Source: Mobula hypostoma (lineage: Eukaryota). From it: a stretch of 64,000 nucleotides of DNA. Made by a program: the position numbers and the translations under genes. The notes below the pieces were generated by a model. It had not been told where the DNA came from and ran no database searches. It saw nothing but the letters and a program-made list of their open reading frames with translations. Every line of letters starts with the position of its first letter. The stretch's first letter is position 1. Below are positions 1-14,229 of this stretch, piece by piece. The stretch lies in the NCBI RefSeq assembly GCF_963921235.1, contig NC_086109.1, positions 27,282,001 to 27,346,000 of the forward strand, written 5' to 3'.

Positions 1-1229
1 CCTGCAGATAAAGACTGAGATGCATGTTTGGAGCATTGCTGGAAAAGCTACCTGAACTATCTAGGAATATGAGAAATCCTGCTCCAATCTTGCCTATCAC
101 TTTGAGCAGAACATGGAGCCTATTCTTTCACGGCTAGCTTCAACACCTGTGAACCAAACCACAATACATTTATTGTTGTCTGATGTCCCAACGTCCATTG
201 CAGCACGTGTATCATGACCGCTGCTTTGTAGCTTCTGACCTCTGCCATCCAAAGTCAAGTCTCGGTCACTATGAACATGTGTTTGCGTCAACACTCTTGC
301 CGTCCACTAGTTAATTAAATTACTATTCCTTTAAACTGATTAGGAGAGAGTGTAGGGGAAGCATTTATCTCATTTTCTTTCTCAGGATTGTTCTAGCAGT
401 CTCTACAATCTTCCTGAAGGCTCCAGCACTTCGACAAGCTTCACAGAAGTAAAGAGAAATGATGCAATGGATTCCCTTGTCGTTCCAGTGCCACTCATCT
501 GTTCAGTCCTCCTTTGAATGATTTCTAAGACATCCAGTATTAGAGTCAAAGTGACAGCTCTTCCCCATTCTCCTCCAAAGTGAAGTTTGAGCTCCCGGTG
601 GTGCTGTGGGTGACCTGGCAGGATCATTACTAAAGATAGTCATTTGTGGAAAGAAAACACTGAAATTTTACCAATTCATTAAGAAAGAAAGTTAAACGGG
701 CCAAATGGCCTGTTTCTGTTCTGTAGTGCTCTATGACTCAATGAAACTCTGCAAGTTGTTGTCCAGCTGCTCAATCAAGCTCTCGGTCCCCAACACATCT
801 CCAAATTTCTGATGATCAATTGACATACGTCAAGTGCACAGCTACTTTCTGCTGTTGAACCTGATTTCCAATGTTTCCTCCCCATTGTGTGTTATTTGCA
901 TAGAATGGACCAGTTTGACAACTCAGGCATGATATATATATATACTTTTACAATGATTGTTATCATTGTCCTGAATACTGCTATGAGCTAGTATTCTGAA
1001 AAAAATGTAAAAAGATTTAATTGAATGCTTCAATATTGGTGAGATATTTTATAAACCACCATTCATATTGGTGGAAATTAAAATATGGACAATGCCATTC
1101 AATAGACTGCCCAATATCAGTATTTCTATTGAAAGCTTTTTTTAAAGAATTTCAATCTGCATTTCTAAATACTTTCTTAAAGGAAAGCTGATGGTCTTGC
1201 AAATAAGGAAACAATAAGGGTGAAAGTTG

Positions 1230-1358
1230 ATAGCAGAAGAGGGGAGAGGGAGAGAGGAAGTGACAGAGAGGGGAGGGGGAGGGGGAGGGAGAGGGGACAG
1301 GGAGAGAGGGAGGGGGGAGAGAGAAAGGGGGGAGCAGGAGAGGGGGAGAGGGGGAGTG
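1230..1358 (+). repeat. GA-rich low-complexity tract
   Basis: Near-pure purine run of gggagagg/ggggga units; accounts for spurious ORF 1220..1405. Confidence 0.9.
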
Positions 1359-2421
1359 CTAAGTATCTACACTACCAAAGGGTACAGAAAATGACAATAA
1401 GGTGAGATAAGCCAAATCAAACAGATGTGTATCCAAAAAAGACTGCAGAGAGAAATAACTAAACAGGTTGCCTTGGTAACTTTCAGAAATGACAGCCTGT
1501 GTCAGCATGGGTCTTGTATTAAGGGACTGTAGATACTGAGCCAAGTTAATTTGTGAATGGTGTGATGTTCTGTGAAATAAAAGATGCTGATATGCATTCA
1601 GGCTATAACAATAGGTTTAGTCTGACAAACCAGACTCCTGATACAGGTCACAATCTCCTTTCTCACTAGTGGATTAATAATTTCAATAAATAATCAAACA
1701 AAATAAAATTATAATTTATTTAACAGAAATTGAACAATGAACTGAACAATATATTTTTTTTAAAGATTTCACTCACATTTAATATTTATGCATATTTCCA
1801 AAGCATTTGTACATTTATAAGATCTATCATTGTTGATTATTTTCTGATGATGGCAATGTATGTTTGAGATTTTTAGACTGTGAGTCTTATCAGAGACCCA
1901 CTTAGCCTTGCAGCCCCTTATGTATCTTCTGAGAAAGTATATCAATAAATTGAAAATTTATAAAGCATGTTTCGCTTTGCAATGTGCTTTAAATCTTAGA
2001 ATCAAAAGAGCACCAGATGTGTCCTAAGGGCACTACTTGAACAAAAAATATTTAAATGCAAACCTACGAATTCTATCAAAGATACTGAATTGCACAGGAC
2101 AATATGGAGATGCCTCCCTTTTAGCATTACCAGCTCAGAACAACGAAATCTTCAACATTGTTAAAACCTGGCACTTTACTGAGGCAATGATAGAAAATGT
2201 GACTAGTTTGTAAATTTAAATGGGAATGTAATCTTTATACTGCTAAATTTTTGCAATGACTTTTTAACCTCAGGACATTGCCATATACTTTCATTTCTGA
2301 ACGAACTCTGTCTGTTGAAGGTCTGGAGCCTATTAACACCTACATAATTCCCACATTTAAATTACATGCAAAAAAAAGACAAGACTGTTAGAACAGTTCA
2401 CTAAAGAGTTGCCAATTTTAC

Positions 2422-2549
2422 CGTGCTACATGATTAATCACGGGTGCAAAGTTCGTTGGTCCATAAAGCTGGACTGTCTTGAGGCTCCTATGATATGCTT
2501 CCAGAATTCCTTCAATACCGTTACAATATGGGTTCTCTGGGTTGCCATT
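2422..2549 (-). CDS. CPNE5: Copine coding exon (128 nt): [42 protein letters not shown](R)
   Basis: Acceptor caatttaacag|AAT and donor GCACG|gtaaaa. Contains the copine [11 protein letters not shown] motif; [10 protein letters not shown] is CPNE5-like. Phase 0 in, in frame with the 182-nt exon. Confidence 0.94.
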
Positions 2550-5519
2550 CTGTTAAATTGTCAAAAATAAAACATGTCAAAATTGGAAACTGTCATGGAG
2601 CACGCATTCTTTTGATACCATATTCAAGATTTAAGGATGCATGTCTTTTTTGCCTTTCGGTAAAAATATTATTTTCTGTCTATTTAGTTTAATCACAGGC
2701 TCACGTCTTTGAGCTGCTGATCTTCTGCACAGCTTGTGCAATGTTTCAGCTCCTCACTATTTCATTAGAGTTTAATAATAGTCTTCAATACCGTCACTGA
2801 AAGGCCACTGAGCATTCTCCAGATGAAAATAAAACAGTGAATGGTGAGTTTTGAATTGAAATTTGGCATGACTGCGTCATTGAGTTCGACCTCCTGTGTT
2901 TGAATGGCATTTTGCTATTAAACTGATTTTATAAAACTAAACTGCATCTGTGTCACATTTAATTTGTATCATAAAATAACAAGAACGGGAAATAAATTAT
3001 CTCTACAAAGTGTGCTCTGCATATATCAAATTACCAGTTCAAAAGAAAGCTTTATTCAGAAATTAATTTGAGCTACCATGTTGAATATGCAATTGCACAA
3101 TATTAAACAATTCTGAAAATGGATCATCACATACCTCAGATGAGAAACTTGGAGGAGTATATTGTAAGGAAACAACCATTTAATATGAAGGCTACTTAAA
3201 GTGCAATCAAGTATGACAAGAGAAGATTAATATACTTTCTTCTCTTACTCTACTTTCAATTCAAAGGGCATCAGGAGAGCAAACACATACATCTTCCAAT
3301 AATACCCAGAACAGTTCTAGATGGAAATGCACCAAATGTCATATATGTTTGATCAGAGACTGTCAACTTAAAGGATTAAAATCAAGATATCAAAACTGAA
3401 GAAACAGAGGAAAGAATCTAAATTTACACTTTTTCATCTAGTCAGAAGCCCTGATAGGTTTCAGCACCTATTAGATAGTGTTAAATTACAGTCAGCTTAG
3501 TGTAGGAAATGCAACGGTCTAATTTGAGATCAGCTGATTCCTATGTTCCTAGACTTTGCTGGCTCTTTTGAAAGTACCCTAAGGTATTTTACTATGGCCT
3601 GAAGAAACAGATTGAGCCCTGGTCTAAAAATGATGGCATTGTTGGAAATACAATAATGATGGAGAGGAATAAATGTTGGAATTATGATAATAAAAACAGG
3701 AAGTGTTTGAAATCCAGTTCATCAGTCATTATCTGAATAAACGCATAAAAGGAAATGACCAAGACTTTGACCTTACTGGGCCCATAGCTGCTGTTATTCT
3801 TTCTAGCATACTGGGTTCATACTGGAATCTCAGCTCTGAGATTCCTCTGTTTAAAACAGGAATGGTCTCAAAGAAGATTCCATCAAAACTCACCAGAGGG
3901 CAATGATTTAGCTGGCCAGGACCAAGGCCCCTTTTGTTGCCATTTTACATGAGAACTTAATATTTCAGTCTGTGACTCTTCTCATTAAAGATAAAAATTA
4001 TCTTCTGAAAAAATGGACCGATTTCTGATAGAAGTATATTTTGAGCTATCATAAGAAATGCAAAAATTTAATTAGTAGCTAATAAGAAAATAATATTAGA
4101 TTCTGATTCATTACTTAAATCATAACACATTGGGTCCACACTATTATTGTTAATCCGTACAGAATATGTAAAACATACAACTTGCTACACTAATTGGCAA
4201 ACAAGGTAATTGAGTTCCTCCAGCATTTTGTGCATGTTGCTTTAATTACCAATGAAATTTCCCTTCAGGACAATGCAAACTGTGAGCTGCACATTGGAGA
4301 ATTGATTTGTTTCTGAAGTGTGGAAATACTCACATTTTCTCTGCCTCATTCTCAATTGAGTATGTTTCTTTATATTCTCTGGCTTAGAAAGTGTAAAAGT
4401 AATTTCCTCTCAAGCTTTTCCCAGTGTTAATATCTTAAACCTGTAGCTTGGAAATAAGCAATCCAACAAAGTAGTAACAAAGCATTCTCATTTTTTCTTC
4501 GTCCCAAGGGTAAGAGTGAAACATGAACATAGATGGAAAGAACCTGTTTTTAACTATTACCATCCATGGCATCCAACTTAATAGTGCTTTGCATCTGCCA
4601 CAAGTTCATCAAGTGGTTTGAAGGAATAAAGTAAATCTTGCCCTACTATTTCTGGTTTCAATTCAATGTGTATTTTTGAAAAGTTGTCTCTGAAGTAATG
4701 TCCGAAGTGTAATAGCCAATTCTGCACCAAAGGCTCCTGAACAGCTGAAGAGATATCACACGAATAGGTAATAACACATTGTTTTAGGTGTTCATCCAGG
4801 GATAAATATCAAACAGGAAGAACATCCATATCCTTCGGTCTATGATCTGGATCACTCTTTCTTTCATCCCAGTGGCTCTGTGGCAAACTGACCAACTGTT
4901 GCTAGCCTTTTGGCTCATCATTACCTGACCTGTGCTTCTAAGCACAAATGTAAGAGACCTCAATACTTACCCTAATGCTAGAGCATTTGATCTCCTGGCT
5001 CCACTACTAGACTCAACACCTGTTTAATGGCTGAGCTGAGATGTATTCATGAAAGAGACCAGATACACTTTACATCTTACACGTCAGCTTTCTCCCAGGG
5101 ATAACGTTGGTAAGTAAAACAACCTTATTAACTTGAATTACACCTACCCTGCGTAAATCTGTGAGTGTAGGTAAGTTTCAACTAATAATTCTTAATTTTA
5201 AAAATGCAAAACTTTGAAATGTTTTTTAAATAAATTAAGTAATTTATGTTTTAAATTTGTTTAATCATATTTGAACTGCTTTCTAAAATCTCTAAAATTG
5301 TTCATAGACCATTGACAGCACCAATCTGTTAAAAAAGAATAGAATGCTCTGATGGAAATTTTCAGGATTCACAACCTAAAGTCCATTTGATGGTTGTAGC
5401 TCCCTCCACCTCAACAAGTATGCATTTTTCTGGAGAATCTTAGAGAACTCAGACAGTGGATTCAATATGATATAGAAAATTGTTACAAGATCTTTCACAT
5501 CAGACCGAGCATTGGTTTC

Positions 5520-5830
5520 ACATTGAGTGCCACCATATTATAGTGGTAATTGTTACAGCTCAGGGCGTTCCAGAGGTCAAAGTTCAATTCTGGCGCCATG
5601 TGTAAGAAGTCTGTAAGAGACTGTATGTTCTCCTCATGTGACCACGTTTCCTCCGGGTACTCAAGTTTTCTCCCACAGTCCAAAGATGAACTGGTTAGTA
5701 GGCTAATTGGTCATTGTAAACTGTCCTGTGATAAGGCTAGGGTTAAATAGGTAGGTTACTGGGTAATGCGCCTTGTTGGGCCAGAAGGGCCTGCTTTGTG
5801 CTATATTGTTACATAAATAAATAAACAAAC
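5520..5830 (+). mobile_element. tRNA-headed SINE, decayed
   Basis: B-box-like agttcaattc; body tttcctccgggtactcaagttttctcccacagtccaaaga shared with 60181-60480; (TAAA)n tail. Confidence 0.8.
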
Positions 5831-6744
5831 TCATTCAAGGAATGGCAGAGCCTTCAGTAATGCAGCAGCCTAGCTAAGGTTTGAGTTTTGTTTCAGATGT
5901 GAAACATTACCAAACTAAACCATCACCATGTCTCTCTTCTTTTTCAATGACAAAATCAACTACCGATGTGACCCCTCTTTCATCAATAGAGACTCTCATC
6001 AGTTATTGTCACTTCCAGAAAGATCAAATTGTTCTTTGAGATTTATGAAATGAAGGGGCTATTCAAGAAAAGCAAAGTTTCACAGTGTTAAAGGCTTGAA
6101 GTGCTTTATGGAAACGGCTAACTCCAATGTCCCACCACAACTTCGCATTCACAGTGAAGACAGAGGCAACTAGTGTGCTTTAACATGTTCAATTATTGGC
6201 TTTCTCAAGTTTCTGAGATGCGAGGAAAGTGCGCTTTAGTCAAAACTGTAACCTTCCCTGCAACAACACCGTCAAAATTTAAAAGGAAGTCTTTCACATT
6301 GTCTGCCTGAGAAGTGGATTGATACCTGGAAGGGTTTCTTAAACTGCCTTTAAACTGCAGTTACAATCAACTTGCAGTGAGTAGCATGAACAGGCATCAA
6401 ATACATCAATCAGTTAACTGTGGAACTTACTTGGAAAATTGACTAAATGTATTACAAACAGATTGTATTGTACTTTGTTTAGTTGCATCACAAGGTTTAA
6501 CGATTTGTAATTTAACAAGTTACTCAGAGCTCCTGAGAGGGTATGAGGAAAGATTGATTGAATCTATTTGAATGTTCCTTTTTACTTTAAATGTCGCTGA
6601 TTTTTAATCCAGTTTTTTTTTTCAGTAATCTGAATTTATCTAAAAAGAAACTAAAATGTAGATGTTTCAAATACAGATCTTCCTTACGAGATACGAACTG
6701 GAATTGACTGAATATTTCTAGCAGTTATTATTATTATTTTATTT

Positions 6745-7010
6745 TTATTTATTGAGATACAGCAAATAGGCCCTTCCAGCCCCTCGAGCCACGCTGCCCA
6801 GCAATCCCCCAGCTTAACCCTAGCCTAATCATGGGATAATTTGCAATGCCTAATTAACCTACCAACTGGTATGTCTTTGGAAAGTGGGAAGAAACCAGAG
6901 TACCCAGAGAAGGGGAGAATGTACAAACTCCTTAAAGGCAGTGATGGGAATTGAACCCGAGTTGCTGGTACTGTGAAACTTCCTGCTAACTACTATGCTA
7001 CCATGCTTTC
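6745..7010 (-). mobile_element. tRNA-headed SINE
   Basis: Reverse complement of the 60181-60480 family; gggaattgaacccga is the B box on the minus strand; (TTTA)n at the left end. Confidence 0.8.
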
Positions 7011-7524
7011 CTGCTTTCATCTTTTGATTTTACTGAGACAGTGAGGGGTTGCTTGGCACACTCTTTCGCTGACAGGGAATCCTTCAGGGAGGCTGGGACA
7101 GTTCTGGCTGATTCCAGAGATCTTCATAAACTGAAGTTCCAGCAGAGGTGCCAACATCAATAAATATTTTCTATTCCAAAAACCTTTCCTCTGCATCCAA
7201 AAGCATTACCATCAAATAGGTTGAAAATGTAGTCACTATTTGCAATGTGTGAGATGCAAAAATTAATCAAGTAAAGGCAATAATTGCTACATCCTTTTGC
7301 GCAATCAACATATAATGAAACTTCCATGAACATATTCTAACTGCGTTGCCCCCCCCCATTACTGTGACAGGGCATCATTCTGATGCTATAGATCAGATGG
7401 AGAAATAAATTGCTACACTCTCATGTAGGGAAACTTCTGCACAAGATTTTCCATCCTGTGAGAATCCCAAGCATCACTTCCAGCTGGAAACTTTCTGTAC
7501 TTTCAAGTTCACATTTCTCAACTA

Positions 7525-7920
7525 GAGGAGGGGGCTGAGCGAGCTAGGGCTTTTCTCTTTGGAATAGAGAAAGATGAGAGGTGACTTGACAGAGGCATAG
7601 ATAAAATGAACATCCAGAGAATTTTTCCCAGGACAGAAATTGCAAATATGAGGGGGCATAACTTTAAGGTATTTGGAGAAAAGTACGGGGGGGGGGTAGT
7701 TGTTTTTACTCAGAGAGTGGTAGATGTGTGGAACGCACTGTTAGCGGTAGTGGTGGAGGCACCACTTTGGGATATTTAAACAGCTTTGAAATGGGCACAA
7801 GGATGAAGGAAAATGGAGGGTTACTTGAGAAGGAAGGGTTAGATTAATCTTAGAGTAGGTTAAAAAGTTGGCACAGTATCACGAGCTGAAGGGCCTGTAC
7901 TGTACTCTTCTGTTCTATGT
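7525..7920 (+). mobile_element. CR1 LINE 3' fragment
   Basis: ELGLFSLE..RGDL and FTQRVV..WNAL coding remnants; 3' UTR gaagggcctgtactgt...ttctatgt. Confidence 0.8.
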
Positions 7921-8476
7921 CAAATCTTATTAATGACAAAAGGGCACGAAGACAAGGTTGTAGTGGGGATAACATCGTGGTGCAACAGTCCGGACAGCTG
8001 TATCACAGCTGCAGGACCAGGGTACTGTCTGTCTAGAGTCTGAAAGTTCTCTTCGTGACCCGGCGGGTTTCCTTCGGGCATTCAGCTCTCCTTCTACAAC
8101 CTGTTGTATGTTACTCCTTAGTGTAGTTTAAGGAGAATTGATAGCCACGTGTTGGACAGAATAAGCTTGTTGGCCAAGGGTATTGAGAAATAAAGGGAGG
8201 TAGAATGCAACAAATGGGATTGCTCAGCTGAGAAGTAGTAGGGTTTTAATATCCAAAATGGCCTCAGTTCAAAAATAAAATCTTTGAGCTAAGACATTGA
8301 GTTGTTGCTCTTTGCATAAATTTTCCCTGGCTATTTTATCAATTTTTTTTTTTGCTTTTATTTCAGATTTCAGCAGCTGTCCTTGATGAGCCAACTGAAT
8401 GGTCTAGAAAGCTAAAGGGGAAGAGTGGCAAATTCCTACTTTTAATGTTATTTCATGGTAACAGTTCCTCGCACTA

Positions 8477-8746
<270 letters not shown>

Positions 8747-9229
8747 TCATCTATAAATATGACATTTACTTGGTGATACAAGAGTATTAAAAGTTTTTGT
8801 AGATTTCCATCAGGATTATTTAATTAAATCGACTAAGCTATTGAATTGTAGTATAACTACTAATGAAGTGCAACATGCAACTCATAATGAGCCACTTCTC
8901 CTGTGAATAACATGCCAGTCTGTGAGAGCATTGTGCCTTACCACACTTCAGGCTGCCTGATTCACAAATTTCAAAGCTTTCAGTTGATATAGTACCATTG
9001 AGACAAAGGAATTAATATAACAGTAGCCTGGTATCACTGTCAGTGGAGGAGACTTGTCTACCACCAATCAACCTCCTGACAATGATCTTTCCTTAAGATT
9101 AATGGGCCAATAGTTCAACTTAAATGAAAAAAAAAACAGCCATTTCCTGGGTCTTCATCCAATTAGCTACCAGTGGTGTAAACTTCAATAGTTTTAGTCC
9201 TTTATTATATGTAATTATCCAGATTATCC

Positions 9230-10215
9230 AGAACACTGGCGTGCCTCGAGCTGTATGTTGAGCCGTCTTCTGTACTCCCTTTTCACCTATGACTGTGTTC
9301 CTGTACATGTTTCTAACTCCATAATCAAGTTCGCAGATGACACCATGGTGGTTGGCCTGATCAGAGGGGATGACGAGACGGCTACAGGGATGAGGTCCAG
9401 CACCTGGCTGCGTGGTGTGCCGACAACAACCTGGCCCTTAACACCCAGAAGACCAAGGAGATCATTGTGGACTTCAGGCATGCTAGGAGCCACACCCACG
9501 TCCCCATCTATATCAATGGAGCTGTAGTGGAGTGTGTATCAAGCTTCAAATTCCTTGGTGTCCACAGTTCCGAGGATCTCACTTAGTCCCTGAACTCCTC
9601 CATCCTGATCAAAAAGATGCAACAGCGCCTTTATTTCCTATGGAGCATCAAGAAAGCTCACCTCTGTCCCAGGATACTGACAGACTTTTACCGCTGTACC
9701 ATTGAGAGCATACTCACCAACTGCATCTCAGTGTGGCATGGCAATTGTTCCGTATTGGACTGCAAAGCACTCCAGCATGTGGTGAAAACTGTCCAGTGGA
9801 CTATCGGCACCCAATTGCCCACTATTGAGAACATCTACCATAAACGCTGCCTGGGCAGGGCGGAAAGCATTATCAAGGATGAATCTCACCCTAACCATGG
9901 ACTTTTTACTCTCCTCCCATCCAGTAGGCGCTACAGGAGCCTCCGCTCCCGCACCAGCAGGCACAGGAAGAGCTTCTTCCCTGAGGCTGTGACCCTGCTG
10001 AGCCTCACATCACAGCACTAAGCAGTATTGCACCCGTATTGTACTGTCTCAGTACTTTTATATTTGTGTGCTGTAGTACTTACTTTCTATTCGCAGTTAT
10101 TTTGTAAATAACATTATTCTTTGCATCTCTGGTTAGATGCTAACTGCATTTCATTGGCTTTGTATCTGTACTTGGCATAATGACAATAAAGTCGAATTTA
10201 ATCTAATCTAATTTA
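9230..10215 (+). mobile_element. Rex1/Babar-like LINE, 3' RT fragment
   Basis: IIKFADDTMVVGLI (RT catalytic motif) and QQRLYFL...FYRCTIESILT...SFFPEAV C-terminal region, with frameshifts and stops; aataaa followed by an (AATCT)n tail. Confidence 0.85.
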
Positions 10216-10818
10216 TTGCTGAACAAGATAGAGTTAGGTAGACTGAGAGGTTATCTTATTGAAATATACAAGGCTCTGAGGGAGTTCGACAGTGAAGGTA
10301 CAATACATGCAGGCTGTTTTCCCTCATTCAAACTAGAATTTGGAAAATAATTTCAGAATAAAGGGTTAATTTCAAAGTTAAGAAGGATTTTCTTTTCTCA
10401 GATGTGTATGTTTGAAATTCTGTGGCCCAGACAGTAGAGGAGAATTGAGACTGTGGCATTTACAAAGCATCATGGGAAAATGGAGCCAACTTTAAATAAG
10501 CAGCATGTTATTGTGAGAAGTGAAATAGAATACAAAGCTGGCTTGCAAAAGGTTAAAAACAATCATTCCAGAACAGAAAACTGAAGAGTGCTTTCAGTTT
10601 GCACAAGCAACATGTCAGAATGGTCCATGAAGTGATCTGAGAACATTTTGAGAATATTCTTGAAGTGTGTTCTTCATTATAGATTGATTGATTGATCACA
10701 AAATTGTGAATCAGGAGCTGTTTTCTTCGGCCATCTGTGATAATTAAAATGTGAAGTACATACTGAAATGAGACCTTCTTGAGATAAGTAAAAAAAAAAG
10801 TATTGCAATCTAATAGAC

Positions 10819-10898
10819 AAGGTGTTCCCAACCTTTTTTATGCCATGGACTAATACCATTAAGCAAGGGGCCCATGGGTCCCAGGTTGGGAACCCCTG
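10819..10898. mobile_element. 80-bp hAT/Charlie-like MITE
   Basis: TIRs aaggtgttcccaacct / aggttgggaacccctg (14 of 16 matching); 8-bp TSD taatagac (10811-10818) / taatagat (10899-10906). Confidence 0.8.
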
Positions 10899-12104
10899 TA
10901 ATAGATTGTCAGCTTCATTATTCTCACTGTGTAGCTGCATGGCTTTTGTTGTGACTCAGGATCTCGAGAGGCCTAATAAATTGAAAACACAAGATGGCAG
11001 CCATTTTGTTGTTGTGAAGCAAGAAACTCTGAAAGATCTCCCATGGTAACCAAGGTCTCAACAGCAGGCAGAAGAGCTAGTTGTTATTCAACTAATAAGC
11101 GATATTTAGAGGCCTAGGTTAAACAGTGAAATAACCACTAGGGATCTTTTGGTTATGGTAAGACAATCAGGGACAACCAATTCCATGCTCCTCTGCATCT
11201 GTATGACTCAGGTGGTACTTGAGGAGCTCCAGCATTCTGAAAGAGTTTGTGTAAAATATATAAAACAAGAAACTGTAAGGACATAAACAGAAAAAAACTT
11301 GGGGAAAAAAACATCTCAGAAGAGGAGCCTGACTTCAAAACTCAGAGAAGAAAATGAAATAAGCCTGTCCAGTTCATCTTCAATCTGAGTCCAAGTTGAG
11401 CTTCACTTTAATGTACTGACTAGGAGGATAAAACAGTAGGTTAAATGCCAGGTCATTGAGAGTAATAGTGGTTCACTGAATGCTTATATTCAAAGTATTA
11501 ATAAAGATTGAGTTGTATAGATTTAACTTTGAATGCTTTCTTTCCTCACTATGTCAGTTGTCTATGGAGGCCGTGAGATAACAGGTCACTAAATAAATTA
11601 ATGACTAAGATGAAAAAAAAATAGCTGGTCTCCAGTGGAATTAAGTATTATGGGTATCTGGAAAGAAAATATTTGTGGTTAATATCAAATCAGTCACGAT
11701 CTTATTGAATGCTGGACCAGTCTTGAGGGGCCACTTGGCTCCCACATTCTTTATGTTCAAATGAAGCATTGATAGTTTCTATCACGACACATTTGTGATT
11801 CACAGCACAATAAGGACTACACACAAAGTCTTTGAAAAAGTAATGTAATAACAACACGATAGGCAACTGATCAACAGTGGACTCAGCCAGACTGGTGCTA
11901 TTGTTAATAGCAAACAATCTGTTGCAGGAACTCAGCAGGTTGAACAGCCTCTGTATGAGGAACGACAATTGTTGGCATTCTGGATCAAAACCCTACATCA
12001 GGATGTTGCAGGGTTATTGTCAGTGATTAGCTTTATGCAAGATTTTTATAAATGCTAGTATTCTTTTGGTAGACAAATAAATTAAGAAAGCATTTTAGCT
12101 TTCT

Positions 12105-12275
12105 TCAACAGCACACACAGAATGCTGGAGGAACTCTACAGGTCAGGCAGCATCTATGGAGGGAAATAAACAGTCCATATTTCAGCTGACCCTTCATCAG
12201 GACTCTACTGAACTCCTCTAGCATTTTGCATGTGTGTGTTACTCAATATTTCCAGCACCTGCAGAAACTCTTGTG
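12105..12275. mobile_element. Penelope-derived short element with inverted ends
   Basis: acacacagaatgctggaggaact ... aactcctctagcattttgcatgtgtgt; the same terminal motif abuts GIY-YIG coding sequence at 63160. Confidence 0.65.
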
Positions 12276-12602
12276 CTTTAATTTACTTCAATTCTATTCC
12301 TCGCTCCCTCTAAACATTTCTTCATTGCCATCAATCTTTTATTTTACTTTTATGATTATTTACAACCAAATGCCATTGATACGAGAAGTAAAATACACAA
12401 CTACTACAAATACATAAACTTAGCAAAAGTGTATTGATTTTCCTTTCAGGGCATCCTAATGTATGATTGAATATGTATCTAAGCAATCAATTAAAAATGA
12501 CAACTGTTTGATCAAAGCCACCAATCAGTAATTATTAACCATCCAAGCATATCCCAGAATATCATTCAAAAGTGAAGGTTTATCAGATTTTTATGAACTT
12601 AC

Positions 12603-12649
12603 CATTAGAAGCTGTAAAATCAATAGCCACCGTAAAATTTATCTGTGTT
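12603..12649 (-). CDS. CPNE5: Copine coding exon (47 nt), start of VWA domain: (G)TQINFTVAIDFTASN(G)
   Basis: Minus strand reads cttacag|AACACAGATAAATTTT...GCTTCTAATG|gtaagt. The peptide is the conserved copine INFTVAIDFTASNG motif. Phase 2 in and phase 1 out, joining in frame to exon 8540-8721. Absent from the ORF track because it is short. Copine identity is strong; the paralog call is less so. Confidence 0.92.
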
Positions 12650-13129
12650 CTGTAAGATTAAACAGAGGTAAAGTTTTATTTCAAATATATTTCTTACTTG
12701 AACATGCTTTTGTGTTAGATTCCATTTTGTAAACTAGGTCTCTTTGACTGTGCAGCGGCTCAGGCATAAAGTAAAGATATTTCTTAAGAACAAGCAAATT
12801 ATTCTGGTTCAAAAACCACCTTCAAATACAGATTAATTACTTCACTGCTGAAATGGTTGAGTAGAGTTTACATCCAATTAATGCAGTATCAAACTTGTAA
12901 AACAATATTGTGGATTTCAGAATTGCACTGACAGTAGTGTTTAAAGTTTGTAATAGTTGCCCTGGACTAGAGATCTGTGGAATTACATGTAAATGTTAAA
13001 GGTGTCCATCGTTTTTCTGTCCTGTGTAAACAGCCTTGTTTTGTAGCAGTCTCCAGTGTAATCAATAGTCTCAGGAACACTTTGTGGCATTTTCAAGACA
13101 TTCTCACTGTAAATAAAAACCATGAAAAT

Positions 13130-13612
13130 GTTGGTTTGTCACAGCCTTCCTTTTGATTCGCTGCTGAGGAGTCTGTGAGTGGCCTATCAATGTGTGGCTC
13201 ACCATGGCCTCTGCATTCGTCTGGTGTTCCTCCCTTCATTGACGAATGAAGATGTTACCGTGGTTTTGTGTAATGGATTGGACTATTGTGTTTACGGACT
13301 GTGGACTTTTTCAGACTTACTGATTTTATATTCTGTGTTTTTTGCACATTTCTTTCCATTTTTGTTGTGCGAGGGGAGGGGATTTGGGGTCGATGTTTTT
13401 GTTTCACTTTGTGCGGGGGGGTTGTCTGGAGGTTGATGATCAGGATGCCATTCTTTTTTTGTGTGGAGGGTGGGTTTGACGTTTCTCTCTAAATGACTTC
13501 CATGTTCTTTCTTTGTTTCATGGCTATCTGGAGAAGAAGAATCTCAGAGATGTATGTAGATACATACTTTGATAATATTAAACCTTAGATCCTTTTGAAC
13601 CTTTGAACCTTT
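13130..13612 (+). repeat. Interspersed repeat, probable LINE 3' UTR with (GAACCTTT)n tail
   Basis: GT-rich body ending in tandem gaaccttt units; family not identified. Confidence 0.4.
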
Positions 13613-14229
13613 AAGGTGCAACCATTGCCTATTGTGTCATAATTACCGTCAAATGACCTCATAGGCCATAAGCAAAAACAGATTTATATTCATGGATTTT
13701 CAGTTCAATATTTCAAATCAATTATTTTGCTTTAAACAATAATGCCTTTATTTTAACAAAGTTAATTCTGATACAGCTTCTACCATAACTTAATGAGTAA
13801 TTTTCTGCCGTGCTCTGTAAAATACTTAACAATTGTACTGTAAGAATCATTAAACTTTATTGGTGTCATAATTTATTAGAAAAGACCATTGTTGCTGGAG
13901 TTCCCTTTAAACTGATGCCTGACAAGTTATCTTGAAGAAAATCTAGACCAAAGAAGGTGCTGGAAAAAAATACAATGCTCAAAGATCAAAGACAGGGGCA
14001 ATTGCAACTTGAACACACTTCGAGTTCTTAATTCCAGATATCAAGAGAGGTACTCAAATGCCCAGGCCATACAGAAATTTACGAGATGAACTTAACTCTC
14101 CAGTTGGCTCTCTTTTTAAATTTCCATTTCTTAATGCAAATGCAAATGGCACATTTCACTGTATGTTTCGATGTACATGTGATAAATAAATCTGAATCTG
14201 AATCCCTAAGGCCCTTCAGTCTTAGGCCT

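Noticed and set aside
9617..10021. ORF resembling the so-called ALKBH8 N-terminal (DUF1891) domain
   Set aside because: It is the C-terminal part of a Rex1/Babar-like RT, preceded by a frameshifted FADD motif and repeated several times in the window. Not a host gene.
10730..10775. FQYVLHILIITDG in ORF 10553..10831 resembles the copine QYxVLLIITDG motif
   Set aside because: It is out of exon order (that motif belongs downstream of exon 2422-2549), the flanking residues do not match a copine, and the ORF runs into a MITE. Most likely coincidence.
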